Shown: one piece after another, positions 1 to 9,837 of the stretch | Layout: the number at the start of each line of letters is the position of its first letter | Numbering within the stretch: position 1 is the stretch's first letter | Translations under genes and position numbers: made by a program | Virus record (IMG/VR): IMGVR_UViG_3300002301_000001 | Span: 1 to 64,000 of that record | Source: a virus | Length of the DNA: 64,000 bases | Reading direction: 5' to 3' (one strand) | Notes under the pieces: model-generated | Seen by the model: the letters and a program-made list of their open reading frames with translations, nothing else | Database searches by the model: none | What the model was told of the DNA's origin: nothing

Positions 1-2
1 AC

Positions 3-686
3 TTTACTTTTATAGAACATAAAATTGAAGTAATATACAAAATTATTAATTGTGAAGATATTTTTTTAGATAATTTAGAAATATTCTTTATAAAATTCTT
101 TAATTCTTATTATTATAATAACAAAGAATATGGATTGAACCTTACTAAAGGAGGTCATATTAAAGATGTTTATCAAAATATTAAAATATCTGAAAGTAAT
201 AAAGGTAGAAAAAACACTCCTGAACATAATAAGAAAATAGGAGATGCTAATAGAGGCAGAACAAGGCCTAAGTGGATCATGGAAAAAGCAGTAGAAGCTG
301 CTAAAAATAGAATAGTTACTATTGAAGAAAAAGAAAAAAGAAGAAAGAGCAGTATTGATAGAAGACATACTGAGGAAACTAAAAAAAGAATGTCAGAATC
401 CCGAAAAGGATATAAAGTAAGTGAGGAGACCAAAAAGTTATTATCAATAAAATTAACAGGTTTTAAATTTACAGAAGAGAGGAATAAAAAAATATCAGAA
501 CATCATATAGGTAGCGGTAATAGTAGAGCTATTTTAACAGAAGATGTTGTTTATCAGATAAAAGAATGTATGTTTAATAAAATGAAAAGAAGAGATATTT
601 TTAAGAAATTCGGTATTACAGAAAGTATATATTCTGGCATTAGACAAGGTAAAAATTGGCAATCAGTAGTATACCCAAAACAATAA
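3..686 (+). CDS. GIY-YIG homing endonuclease with NUMOD3-type repeats (5' partial)
   Basis: Frame is open from the window start (..LEIFFIKFFNSYYYNNKEYGLNLTKGG, typical GIY-YIG domain end), followed by H(T/S)EETKK repeats. AT-rich. Confidence 0.8.
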   Translation, partial: FTFIEHKIEVIYKIINCEDIFLDNLEIFFIKFFNSYYYNNKEYGLNLTKGGHIKDVYQNIKISESNKGRKNTPEHNKKIGDANRGRTRPKWIMEKAVEAAKNRIVTIEEKEKRRKSSIDRRHTEETKKRMSESRKGYKVSEETKKLLSIKLTGFKFTEERNKKISEHHIGSGNSRAILTEDVVYQIKECMFNKMKRRDIFKKFGITESIYSGIRQGKNWQSVVYPKQ

Positions 687-688
687 TA

Positions 689-1093
689 ATGAATATTAAA
701 AACGCAGCTATACTCAAGAATCTTACACCAGATGTTATCATAGGGAAGTTATTTTCTTATCATAACAAGGCTCATTTATACCATCTACAGACACATACTA
801 TAGGACATCATAAGTTACTGGATGAGTTATATAAGGCCCTGGTAGATAGTAAGGATGATATAGGAGAGTACCTATTAGGAGTACAGGTTCCTGAGCGATT
901 TAGTAATGTGGTTATGGATCAGATAGAACCTTATAGTGATGAGAACCTTAATGCTTTCTTGGCAGAGGGATTTCAGTTCACTATATCCCTAATAGAGTAT
1001 GCTAAGAATAAGAACCTAGAGGAACTTGCTAATTTGGCTAGTGACTTACAGCAGAGTTTTGTGAAAGCACAGTTATTCATGACATATAAGTAA
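689..1093 (+). CDS. Ferritin/Dps-like four-helix protein
   Basis: HLYHLQT..GHHKLLDELY...D.IGE pattern of phage ferritin-like proteins. ATG at 689. Confidence 0.7.
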   Translation: MNIKNAAILKNLTPDVIIGKLFSYHNKAHLYHLQTHTIGHHKLLDELYKALVDSKDDIGEYLLGVQVPERFSNVVMDQIEPYSDENLNAFLAEGFQFTISLIEYAKNKNLEELANLASDLQQSFVKAQLFMTYK

Positions 1094-1099
1094 TTGATT

Positions 1100-3043
1100 A
1101 TGAAGAAGATGAAGAAATGTATGAAGAATGGAGGATATACTGCAGAAGGGTTTACATATAACAGACCTCTCAGTAACCTTGGTATGCCTATAGTACAGAA
1201 TGGAGGTCCACTGGCTAACCTTCCTATGAGTAACCTTGGTACTCCTCTTATACCTGGAGGACAGTGGAATGCTCCTCAGTCTCAGGGTAATAACAGCTCA
1301 CAGAATGGGTATTATGAACAGGGAGGGCCTATTCCTTATCTGCTTAATAGTCCTATGTCTAATGTAGGTACTCCACTTATTCCTATGCCCAGGATGCAGG
1401 ATGGTGGTAGGAAGGCACCTGCAGGATCACATCTTGCCCCTAACCAAGGCTCTGTTCTGTATAATACAGTTACCTATCCCGGAGATACATTGACTGATAA
1501 TCAACTAAGGCCTGTTAGGAATAATATGGTAGGCAACAGTGCTTATATACCTGACCAGGGTACAGAGCAGTATAGACCACTATCTATTTATAACCCTTCT
1601 CCTAAGGATCTTGCTAAGATGAAGAAGTTAGGTTATAACCTTAGTGATATAGCCAGTATGGGTGATTATAGGATGGATAATGTTCCAGCTCCCAATACCT
1701 ATGTAGATACCAATGCATTCAACCCTAACCAGTATAAGGAAGGTGGGTGGATACAAGGAGCTGTGAATCCAGCACATAAGGGGTATTGCTCACCTATGAC
1801 TAAGAGCACCTGTACTCCTCGTAGGAAGGCTTTTGCTATGACTATGAAAAAGCATCATGGATTCCATAAGGAGTATGGTGGCCCTATGAAATATGTAACT
1901 GGTGGATATACTCCTACATACCTTGATGATCCTAACCAGGAACAGGAAGTACCTAATACAATGGGGCCTCAACCAGATACTGCTTACCAAGCACCTCCTA
2001 CAGGACTCATGCAACAGGAGATGAGTAATACACCTATGCCAGGAACTGCCCAGGAGAATGCTCCATGGAGAGCAGGTATGGATGATGCCCAGGCTCAACA
2101 GAATATTCAGGATGGTAGTATACCTGATAATGGAATGAATGCAGGTAGATCACAGAGACAGAGACCTTTTGGTACAGGATTCAATAATCTTCTTGGTGCT
2201 GGTATGGTAGCTGCTTCTTTCTATGAGAACCAGAGAGACCAGAGGAATATGCAGGGATATAACAGGCAGGCAGGAATGACTGATAATGTATTTGCCGGAC
2301 AGAAGATGCAACCAGGATCTAGGGGTGACTACACTGCTAACCATGGTTATTTTCGTCCTACACAGAATACTCCTACTAAGGCAGGTATGTTCTACCCACA
2401 ACAATATGGTGGGCCACAGAGAATGGATGTAGGTGGTGGACTATTGCCGGTAGCTTATACTCCTAGTGCTCCATTACCTGATAATAACACTGCTATGTCA
2501 CCTATGGGTATACCTCAGGCACCTGTACAGCAGAATATACAGAAGTTCTCTGGTAAGGGCAGGAAGGGTGATATAGCAACTGATACCAATAATCCAGGTA
2601 ATATGAAGTACTCTGAGTGGATGGCTAACTACCAGGGACAACCTAGTGGTATACCTGGTACTGATGGTGGAGAGTTTGCAGCATTCCCGGATGTAGATCA
2701 TGGTCTACAGGCATATAAGCAGCAGTTATTTGGTGATGTAGATGGCACTTTTAAGAGCAGGTACTATAAGGCAGATACTACTGTAGATAAGGCCTTGAAG
2801 ACATGGAGTAATGGTGCTTATGGTGCTGATATATATCCTGCATTGAAGGGTAAGAAGTTGGGTGAACTCTCTATGAAGGAGAGGGATGAATTGGTTAAGA
2901 GACAGATCAAGAGAGAATCACCATCTATGTTCCAGCAGTTACATGCTCAGGGATACTATAAGATGGGTGGAGAATACCATATGAGTGATAAGGACATCAG
3001 AGCTGCTAAGGCTGCAGGTTATCAGTTTGACATTATAGACTAA
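1100..3043 (+). CDS. Putative virion cargo protein with xxxGG motifs and a C-terminal NNPGN (lysozyme-like) domain
   Basis: Low-complexity G/P/Q/M sequence, ten xxxGG motifs, and NNPGNMKY...FAAFPDVDHGLQA near the C-terminus. Confidence 0.6.
   Translation: MKKMKKCMKNGGYTAEGFTYNRPLSNLGMPIVQNGGPLANLPMSNLGTPLIPGGQWNAPQSQGNNSSQNGYYEQGGPIPYLLNSPMSNVGTPLIPMPRMQDGGRKAPAGSHLAPNQGSVLYNTVTYPGDTLTDNQLRPVRNNMVGNSAYIPDQGTEQYRPLSIYNPSPKDLAKMKKLGYNLSDIASMGDYRMDNVPAPNTYVDTNAFNPNQYKEGGWIQGAVNPAHKGYCSPMTKSTCTPRRKAFAMTMKKHHGFHKEYGGPMKYVTGGYTPTYLDDPNQEQEVPNTMGPQPDTAYQAPPTGLMQQEMSNTPMPGTAQENAPWRAGMDDAQAQQNIQDGSIPDNGMNAGRSQRQRPFGTGFNNLLGAGMVAASFYENQRDQRNMQGYNRQAGMTDNVFAGQKMQPGSRGDYTANHGYFRPTQNTPTKAGMFYPQQYGGPQRMDVGGGLLPVAYTPSAPLPDNNTAMSPMGIPQAPVQQNIQKFSGKGRKGDIATDTNNPGNMKYSEWMANYQGQPSGIPGTDGGEFAAFPDVDHGLQAYKQQLFGDVDGTFKSRYYKADTTVDKALKTWSNGAYGADIYPALKGKKLGELSMKERDELVKRQIKRESPSMFQQLHAQGYYKMGGEYHMSDKDIRAAKAAGYQFDIID
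1165..1384 (+). repeat. Three copies of a P(L/M)SN(L/V)G(M/T)P(I/L) coding repeat
   Basis: PLSNLGMPIV, PMSNLGTPLIP and PMSNVGTPLIP in the protein starting at 1100. Confidence 0.75.
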
Positions 3044-3049
3044 TATATT

Positions 3050-3694
3050 ATGAAGAAGATACGTATAAAGAGTTGCCCTGTAATGGCTAATGGAGGTAAT
3101 ATCTACTATGGTCAGGATGCTCCTACAGGAGAGGTTAGGGACCAGACTACTGCTAATAGTATGGCCAATAGTTCTAATCCTTATTATAAGGATCTGGGCA
3201 ATGGTTCTTTCCTGGCTGATCAGTATAGTGGAGCATGGCAATATCCTCAGGATACTTCTTCATGGGCAGGATATGGCAATGATGCTAACTTGTATAGACC
3301 AGATACTACCGGTTTCCAAGGTATAGGTAATGGAGCACAGCAGAATACTCCTCAGCAACAGGGAGCTATGCAGGAACAACAAGGTAACTGGCATACCAAT
3401 GAATCTACTGAAGGGGATTACTCTATAGATGCTGTCAGGAGCCAGTATGGTGGTCAATATGCCTATGGAGGACAGACACCTTCAGGATATAATGGCTATA
3501 GCAGAGGGCTCAACACCTTCTGGCCTTCAGCTAACAGTAATATACAGGGACAATCAGATGCTTATAAGGTAGGTAGGACTATTCCAAAAGACCCTATGAT
3601 GCAGAAGGAATATAGTATAGGTAGTGAATATGATATAGATGAAAGCGATTTACAGAAAATAAAGGCTATGGGATTTACTTTTGAATTAATTTAA
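3050..3694 (+). CDS. Putative virion cargo protein (xxxGG motifs), possibly the N-terminal half of a split gene
   Basis: 214-aa ORF whose C-terminal motif resembles that of the upstream protein. Confidence 0.6.
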   Translation: MKKIRIKSCPVMANGGNIYYGQDAPTGEVRDQTTANSMANSSNPYYKDLGNGSFLADQYSGAWQYPQDTSSWAGYGNDANLYRPDTTGFQGIGNGAQQNTPQQQGAMQEQQGNWHTNESTEGDYSIDAVRSQYGGQYAYGGQTPSGYNGYSRGLNTFWPSANSNIQGQSDAYKVGRTIPKDPMMQKEYSIGSEYDIDESDLQKIKAMGFTFELI

Positions 3695-3697
3695 CTT

Positions 3698-4366
3698 ATG
3701 GATTCAGGAATATACACAATAACTAACTTGATAAATAGTAAACTGTATGTAGGGTATTCTATTACTGTTCCTGCAAGAAGAAGATGTCATATACATGATT
3801 TAAAGAATAATATTCATGATAATGAGAAGTTACAGAGGGCTTGGAATAAGTATGGTGAGGACAATTTTTTATTTGAGATTCTAGAAGAATGTGAAGAGCA
3901 ATACCTGGCTAATCAAGAGCATTATTGGTGTAATTTATTGAATGTCCATGATGATAGATATGGGTATAATATACAACCAACAGGGCCTAGTAGTATATTA
4001 AGGCATAGTAAAGAATCCAAAGAGAAAATGTCTATTGCTATAAAGGCTACTTTTAAAAGGATAGGTTATACGTGCCCCTATAAGAATAAAAAGAGATCTC
4101 CAGAAGTAGGAGAAAAGGTCAGTAGTTCAAAGAAAGGAAAATGTGCAGGAGTAAATAAAGGAATAATAAGAACTACTCTAAGAAAGGCAGTAATAGGTTA
4201 TAATATAGATGGTTCTTTATATAAGCAATTTGATTGCCTGAAAGATGTACTTCTACATTTTGGTAAAAAACCAGATTCTACTAGTCACTTAACAAGAGCA
4301 CTTAAAGACAGTACTAAAATAGTTTATAATAAATTCTGGAAATATGAGAATACGGATAACAGGTAA
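3698..4366 (+). CDS. GIY-YIG homing endonuclease (NUMOD3/NUMOD1-type tail)
   Basis: SGIYTITNLINSKLYVGYS, H.N..LQRAWNKYG, GYNI and HSKESKEKMS motifs. Confidence 0.9.
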   Translation: MDSGIYTITNLINSKLYVGYSITVPARRRCHIHDLKNNIHDNEKLQRAWNKYGEDNFLFEILEECEEQYLANQEHYWCNLLNVHDDRYGYNIQPTGPSSILRHSKESKEKMSIAIKATFKRIGYTCPYKNKKRSPEVGEKVSSSKKGKCAGVNKGIIRTTLRKAVIGYNIDGSLYKQFDCLKDVLLHFGKKPDSTSHLTRALKDSTKIVYNKFWKYENTDNR

Positions 4367-5921
4367 GCAGGAAATGGAATATGGAGGAGCTCCTAATGTA
4401 GTAGTAGAAAAAAAAGAGCAGATTTTAGGGGACTTCAACAATGATGGAACTCCTGCATTAATGGGTGTTAATACCGGATCTCATGCTTCCGGTAATGACC
4501 AGGCTATTAATGTACCAGATGGTGCATTTGTATTCTCTGATACAGCTAAGTTGAAGGTTAAGGATCCTAATGTACTCAAGGTATTTGGAGAGACTAAGAA
4601 GAAGACACCTGCAGAGATTGCTAAGAAGTACGATCTACAGAAGTTCTCTGCTATAGTATCTGATCCTAAGAGTGATAACATGACTAGGAAGACAGCTGAG
4701 ATGATGCAACAGAATTACCTGGGTAAGCTCACACAACTGGCACAGTATCAGGAAGGTATGAAGGAAGCTATGGGTATAACACCTCCTCAACAGGGACAAC
4801 AGGTTCCTATGCAGAGATATGGTGGATTACCTCATTTTGCTGATGGGGGCTATGATGATGTACCTGTGAAGTGGTATGATCCTAATGCACCTACTCCTCC
4901 TATAGGCACTGGACAGGACTTTACTGTTACTGCTAAAAGGCCTGTAAGAGATGGGTATTTACATAGTTTGAATCAGATGCCTACACCTATACCGGAATAT
5001 TCAGCACCTCCTGTAGAAGTACCTCCATATACTCCTATATCTGATAATAACCAACCAGATATTACTACTACAGCTCCCCCACAGTCAAGGGCATTTACTA
5101 ATCCTGATAGATTGGCTATGGCCAGTAGCTTATTGAACCTTGCCAGTATCCATAAGTATTTGCCATATGAGGCACCTATATCTGCTGTATTACCTGATAC
5201 TGTATTTACTGATCCTCGTAGGGCCTTAGCTGCTAATGCTGAACAGGCTAACAGTGCTTATACTGGTATGAGTAATAGTGGTAACAACAAGGCCAATATG
5301 AGTAACTATTTAGCTACTCAGGGACAGGCTGGAACCAGGGCTGCTGATATTATAGGACAGTATAGTAACCAGAATGTAGGAATAGCTAACCAGGCTAACC
5401 AGAATGCTGCAGGAGTGACTAACCAGGTACTAGAACAACAGAGGGCAAGGTTGAAGAGTTTACACCAGGGTAATACTATAGCTGCTCAACAGTATGATAA
5501 TAGTCTTAAGGAAGGCAGAGCTGATCTTTTAAATACTTATGAGAAGGCCTTTATGGATAGATTGTCTATTAATGAACTGAATGCTACTAATCAGATCTAT
5601 AAGAGGGATCCTCGTACAGGAGAATTGCAATTTAGAGATGAGGCAGGTAGACTAGCTATGCAGAAGATGCTGAATGGTTCAGCAGGTTCTGGTCAACAGA
5701 AGAGTTTAAGAGACTGGAAACAGGCTTATATAGATAGTGGTGGTGATCCTGAAAGAGCTGCAGAGTTTGCTGATGATGCTTATAGAGAGCAATCAGGTCT
5801 TAGGCAGAAGACACAGACTACTTCGAAGAGTGGTAGTAATAAGACAGTTACTACTAACTATGGATCTGTTAAGAAGTACGGAGGACCATTTAGTGCTCTG
5901 GATAAATTCCTTAAGAAGTAA
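4344..5921 (+). CDS. Putative virion cargo protein (crAss-like)
   Basis: 525 aa with xxxGG motifs, an N-terminal GSH..G...INVPDGAFVFSD segment and a Q/N/A-rich helical C-half. Lies upstream of the giant virion genes. Confidence 0.6.
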   Translation: MRIRITGKQEMEYGGAPNVVVEKKEQILGDFNNDGTPALMGVNTGSHASGNDQAINVPDGAFVFSDTAKLKVKDPNVLKVFGETKKKTPAEIAKKYDLQKFSAIVSDPKSDNMTRKTAEMMQQNYLGKLTQLAQYQEGMKEAMGITPPQQGQQVPMQRYGGLPHFADGGYDDVPVKWYDPNAPTPPIGTGQDFTVTAKRPVRDGYLHSLNQMPTPIPEYSAPPVEVPPYTPISDNNQPDITTTAPPQSRAFTNPDRLAMASSLLNLASIHKYLPYEAPISAVLPDTVFTDPRRALAANAEQANSAYTGMSNSGNNKANMSNYLATQGQAGTRAADIIGQYSNQNVGIANQANQNAAGVTNQVLEQQRARLKSLHQGNTIAAQQYDNSLKEGRADLLNTYEKAFMDRLSINELNATNQIYKRDPRTGELQFRDEAGRLAMQKMLNGSAGSGQQKSLRDWKQAYIDSGGDPERAAEFADDAYREQSGLRQKTQTTSKSGSNKTVTTNYGSVKKYGGPFSALDKFLKK

Positions 5922-5961
5922 TACACTTACAATGTGGTATAGTAATATGCCTGTTACACAT

Positions 5962-5991
5962 CTGAAATTTATTCACCAGAATACTACACTT
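5962..5991 (+). promoter_or_regulatory. Putative phage promoter motif CTG(G)AAATTTATT..TAC(T/C)ACACTT
   Basis: The same motif recurs at 13838-13864 upstream of the RNAP gene. Confidence 0.4.
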
Positions 5992-6024
5992 TATATGTTG
6001 TATGTAGTATCTTAGTAGTATTAT

Positions 6025-9000
6025 ATGGCCTCATATCTACAAAATATTACTGACCAGGGGAGTCTGCAGACACCTACACCACAATTTGATTTTTCCTTCT
6101 TAGCAGTTAATCAGCAGAAGAAGGAATCTCAGTATATGCAGGGACTATCTGAAGTAGCTTCCGGCTATAATAGCATATTATCTCAACCTGTTACTGATGA
6201 GGCTAATAAGGTAGTAAGAGAGAAGTATGTTAAGGATGCCCAGGAAGGCCTTAAGAAGTTAGCCAGTACTGACCTATCCCTTCCTTCTAATGTAGCACAG
6301 GCAGAGGCTCTATATGCACCATTCTGGCAGGATAATATTATTCTACAGGACATAGCTTACACCAAGGATGCTACTAACAAGATGCAGAAGGCCTATTCTT
6401 TTAGGGATAGTACTGATCCTGAGCAGAGAGTTTTATTTGATCCTGACTCTGTTACTTATATACAACAGGCTCTTGATAAGTTGAAGAAGGCCAATAGGAA
6501 TCCGGATGCATATAAGAAGTTAGAGACCAGGGATTTTATACCGGTACATGATATTGATGCTGATATTGATGCTGCTTACAAGTTAGAAGGACAGAAGGGA
6601 ATTACTACAACTACTCTTAATGGGCCTAACCAGACAGTAACTACTAATGGCCTGCAGAGTAGAGATGCTTTCAAGACTTACTATCTTTCTAAGGTAGGAG
6701 ATAAGTATGATGCCCAGATACGTATGAAAGCATCTGTACAGGTACAAAGGCAGAAGGATGAGATACTAAGGCAGAATCCAGGACTTGATGAAAGAGCTCT
6801 TAATGAGCATTTTGCTACTGAGAATATGGATCATTTGCTTAGTAGTTATAAGGGTATTGGAGATTCTTACCAGAAGTTGACTACAGGATTTCTTTCAGAG
6901 AAGGCTGCTATAGAGGCACAGGTAACTAATCAGCAGAAAGGTATACTTAATGACAGTCAGATATTCAAGTTAAAGGAACTTAATAGTAATATCAAGTTGC
7001 ATAGTGCAGCAGCTACTGAGTATTATAATCAATATAATGCAATAGGAGGAGACAGATTGACTCCTGATCAGAAACAGAAATACCAGAAGCAGTTTATGGA
7101 TATGGCTGAACATCCTGAACAGTATATAGGTAATATCAGTAAGGCATTTATGGCTGATAGATGGGCTGCTGGTATGGCCTCTATGTCTACTGTAGAGGTA
7201 AAGGCTAACCAGGGATGGGTAGAATATGAGAAAGTACTTTTTGATAAGAAGAGTAGTGATCTTAGACAGGCGGAGTTGAATGCTACTTTGAGAGGACAGG
7301 ATCTTAAGTTATATGAAGACACCGGTAAATTAATCCCTGGAGGTAAGACTGATCCTTCATTTGGGCCTACTGGCTGGACTACTACAGGATCAAGTTCTTC
7401 TACATCATCAACTTCTGGTGGAGTAGGAACAGGTACTGGGCCAGAAAGTGGTTCATTGTTAGGGCAGGATGTAGCTCATCCAGGACATCTTGCTAATGGT
7501 TTGGATATAGTACAACAGGCTCAGAATAAGTTAGCTGCTACTGTTCATAACTCTATATATAACCCTAATGGTGTTTCATCTGCATTGAGTGCCAGTAGTT
7601 TACCAAGAACAGATATTATCAACTTCACAGAGTGGGCCAATACTATTCAGGCAGGAGGTACTCCGGATGCAGAACAACTAGTTTCTTTGAATAAGGTCAA
7701 AGGAGTATTGAAAGATGCAGGAGTAACAGGCTATCAGGAAACTCCTGAAGGAATGCAGACTGCTTTACTTTCCTATGTACCTAAGGCCATTGAGAAGATA
7801 ATGGCAAGTGGTACAGATGATGCTGCAGAGAGAATAGGTAAGATCATAGTAGCTAATGTACAGGCTACTGGTGCTAAGGATAAGTTACTGGCTAATCAGA
7901 AAGAGTTTGATAATGCAGTGGCTACCCAGGTTCTTTCTCATGCAAAGGAGTATGACAAATTAATAACTACTAATCCTGATGGTTCTAAAAGGTTGATATC
8001 TACAAGGGATATGGCTAAGGACTTTCCTTCAGTATCTATCAGACAAGATGGTAATATTATTAACTACTCTTCTAGGGATGTGGCTGAGATGTGGAAGAAT
8101 GGCACTTTAGACAAGTTAAAAGGACAGTTAGAGGCTGTAGGAGATAAGAATATTAAAGACTTTAATAACTTCATACCAAGGAATAATCAGGTAGCTCTTG
8201 CTCAGGAACTGAATAAACACTTATATGGTACTTCTGCATATCAAGGAAATGATGGGAAAGTATATACTGAGATAAGAGATGCCAGTCATAAATGGGATAA
8301 TAGACCACTTGACCCTAACTCTGCTCTTGGAAAGTACGGACAAGAAGGTATTATAGGTAAGTTACAAGATAGAGCATCTAAAGTTATTATACCGCAATTG
8401 AAAGATTATAAGGACGGTCTTATAGGACAGGAGATTGGTTATGATCCTTCTGATAAGAAACAAGAACAATATGCCGTAGGTATCAGTAAGGAAATTGCTA
8501 ACCCTGCTAATGTACCTCTTATATATAGTCAACAAGCTAATAATGAGCTTGGAGAACCTATTAAGGCTGGTAATAAGATGAGTACTATTAGGGGTATATT
8601 GGAAAATGCAGAGAGTGTTAAGAAGTATACCAATGGTCCTGTGAGGATAATGACTCCTGATGGTAAAGAGGCATGGAGAGTTACTTTTAAGAATACAGAT
8701 GATGATGCTATAAAGGATGTGAAGAATAGTACATTTATATTTCCTACTACTGATAATGCAACTACTCCTTATCTGGCTTCTATTCCTAAGAGTACCGGTG
8801 TTTTTGTTTATAGTTCTCTTCTTAGTGGTCAGACTATGACAGCTGATCCTATTACCAAGGCTTCTGGATTTGATTATACTATTAAGCCAGGTATGAAAGG
8901 AATTGATGGAAGGGCTACAATAGCTTATTGCTCTATAGATAGACGAGTTCCAGATCCTTTACATCCAGGACAGTTTAAGACAGACCATTTTGACTTTGAT

Positions 9001-9183
9001 ATTCCTTTGTTAGTAGGAGCAGGTGCTAAGAGCCCTGATGAATTAGTAGCTACTATGAATGCTAGAGTTATTAATCACATATCTGAAGTTATTGCCAATA
9101 CCCGTACAGCTAATGCTAATGTTCCTGTTAATGGAATGACTTTGGCTGAGTTTAACAAACAAGAATCTATGAAAGTTAATTAA
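6025..9183 (+). CDS. Large virion cargo/ejection protein (crAss-like, RNAP gene block)
   Basis: 1052-aa ORF, first of three large co-oriented genes as in crAss-like phages. Confidence 0.65.
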   Translation: MASYLQNITDQGSLQTPTPQFDFSFLAVNQQKKESQYMQGLSEVASGYNSILSQPVTDEANKVVREKYVKDAQEGLKKLASTDLSLPSNVAQAEALYAPFWQDNIILQDIAYTKDATNKMQKAYSFRDSTDPEQRVLFDPDSVTYIQQALDKLKKANRNPDAYKKLETRDFIPVHDIDADIDAAYKLEGQKGITTTTLNGPNQTVTTNGLQSRDAFKTYYLSKVGDKYDAQIRMKASVQVQRQKDEILRQNPGLDERALNEHFATENMDHLLSSYKGIGDSYQKLTTGFLSEKAAIEAQVTNQQKGILNDSQIFKLKELNSNIKLHSAAATEYYNQYNAIGGDRLTPDQKQKYQKQFMDMAEHPEQYIGNISKAFMADRWAAGMASMSTVEVKANQGWVEYEKVLFDKKSSDLRQAELNATLRGQDLKLYEDTGKLIPGGKTDPSFGPTGWTTTGSSSSTSSTSGGVGTGTGPESGSLLGQDVAHPGHLANGLDIVQQAQNKLAATVHNSIYNPNGVSSALSASSLPRTDIINFTEWANTIQAGGTPDAEQLVSLNKVKGVLKDAGVTGYQETPEGMQTALLSYVPKAIEKIMASGTDDAAERIGKIIVANVQATGAKDKLLANQKEFDNAVATQVLSHAKEYDKLITTNPDGSKRLISTRDMAKDFPSVSIRQDGNIINYSSRDVAEMWKNGTLDKLKGQLEAVGDKNIKDFNNFIPRNNQVALAQELNKHLYGTSAYQGNDGKVYTEIRDASHKWDNRPLDPNSALGKYGQEGIIGKLQDRASKVIIPQLKDYKDGLIGQEIGYDPSDKKQEQYAVGISKEIANPANVPLIYSQQANNELGEPIKAGNKMSTIRGILENAESVKKYTNGPVRIMTPDGKEAWRVTFKNTDDDAIKDVKNSTFIFPTTDNATTPYLASIPKSTGVFVYSSLLSGQTMTADPITKASGFDYTIKPGMKGIDGRATIAYCSIDRRVPDPLHPGQFKTDHFDFDIPLLVGAGAKSPDELVATMNARVINHISEVIANTRTANANVPVNGMTLAEFNKQESMKVN

Positions 9184-9213
9184 TGCTATCATTATATAAC
9201 TACCAAATTATTT

Positions 9214-9244
9214 TTTGCCAGTAATAAAAATACTTGTAGCTTTG
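9214..9244 (+). promoter_or_regulatory. Bacteroidota sigma-A type promoter (-33 TTTG, -7 TAGCTTTG)
   Basis: Matches TAnnTTTG with an upstream TTTG. Confidence 0.55.
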
Positions 9245-9279
9245 TCTACATAATTTCCCCTTATGATACCGTAGGCATG

Positions 9280-9321
9280 AATAGATATGACATTACATTT
9301 TCCAGAAATGTCATATCTATT
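9280..9321. repeat. Perfect 15-bp inverted repeat hairpin in a leader
   Basis: AATAGATATGACATT / AATGTCATATCTATT. Confidence 0.8.
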
Positions 9322-9419
9322 TATCTATAAGGTTTATTATGGAACAAATGCTACTCAAGATTTAGTGAGTATACCGGTTCTGTAGTTAGGATAGGAAAAA
9401 GGAAGTTATGATCCTGGTA

Positions 9420-9653
9420 ATGGAAAGTAAAATACCTACTGCACAAGAGATAATAGCATTATTTGAGAATAGCAATTATAGTACAGCCAAAGAAGTTTTA
9501 AAAATGGCTAATTCCTTATTAGATCAATGTGCTATTATAGACACAACGAAGTATCAACCACCTCTTCATAAGGATAGTAAAGAGTTTGCAGAAAAAGCTC
9601 TTGAGGATATAAGAAAAGGTTATATTACTTTGTCAAAGCCTGATAAAATATAA
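9420..9653 (+). CDS. Small hypothetical protein
   Basis: ORF downstream of the promoter and structured leader. Start may be 9408. Confidence 0.55.
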   Translation: MESKIPTAQEIIALFENSNYSTAKEVLKMANSLLDQCAIIDTTKYQPPLHKDSKEFAEKALEDIRKGYITLSKPDKI

Positions 9654-9789
9654 GACCTATTTCAGTAGCCGTAGTTAAAGGAATATAGCATATACCCCCG
9701 GTAGGCTGCCATCCTTCTTTTATCATAGTATTGACTTTTTGTATTAATTCAGTAGTACCTATAGCATCTACAATAGTATATTCTTTCAT
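9625..9789 (-). CDS. DUF1737-like small protein (54 aa, not in ORF track)
   Basis: Manual translation MKEYTIVDAIGTTELIQKVNTMIKEGWQPTGGICYIPLTTATEIGLIFYQALTK shows the VN..I.EGWQP.GG...YQA pattern. Confidence 0.65.
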   Translation of the reverse strand: MKEYTIVDAIGTTELIQKVNTMIKEGWQPTGGICYIPLTTATEIGLIFYQALTK

Positions 9790-9837
9790 AATATTATATT
9801 TAATTAGTGTTGTAAATGTAGTAAATAACTTAGTTTA

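Noticed and set aside
3694-4366. Group I intron around the GIY-YIG gene
   Set aside because: The ORFs abut or overlap with no room for a ribozyme core, and both flanking genes have their own start and stop.
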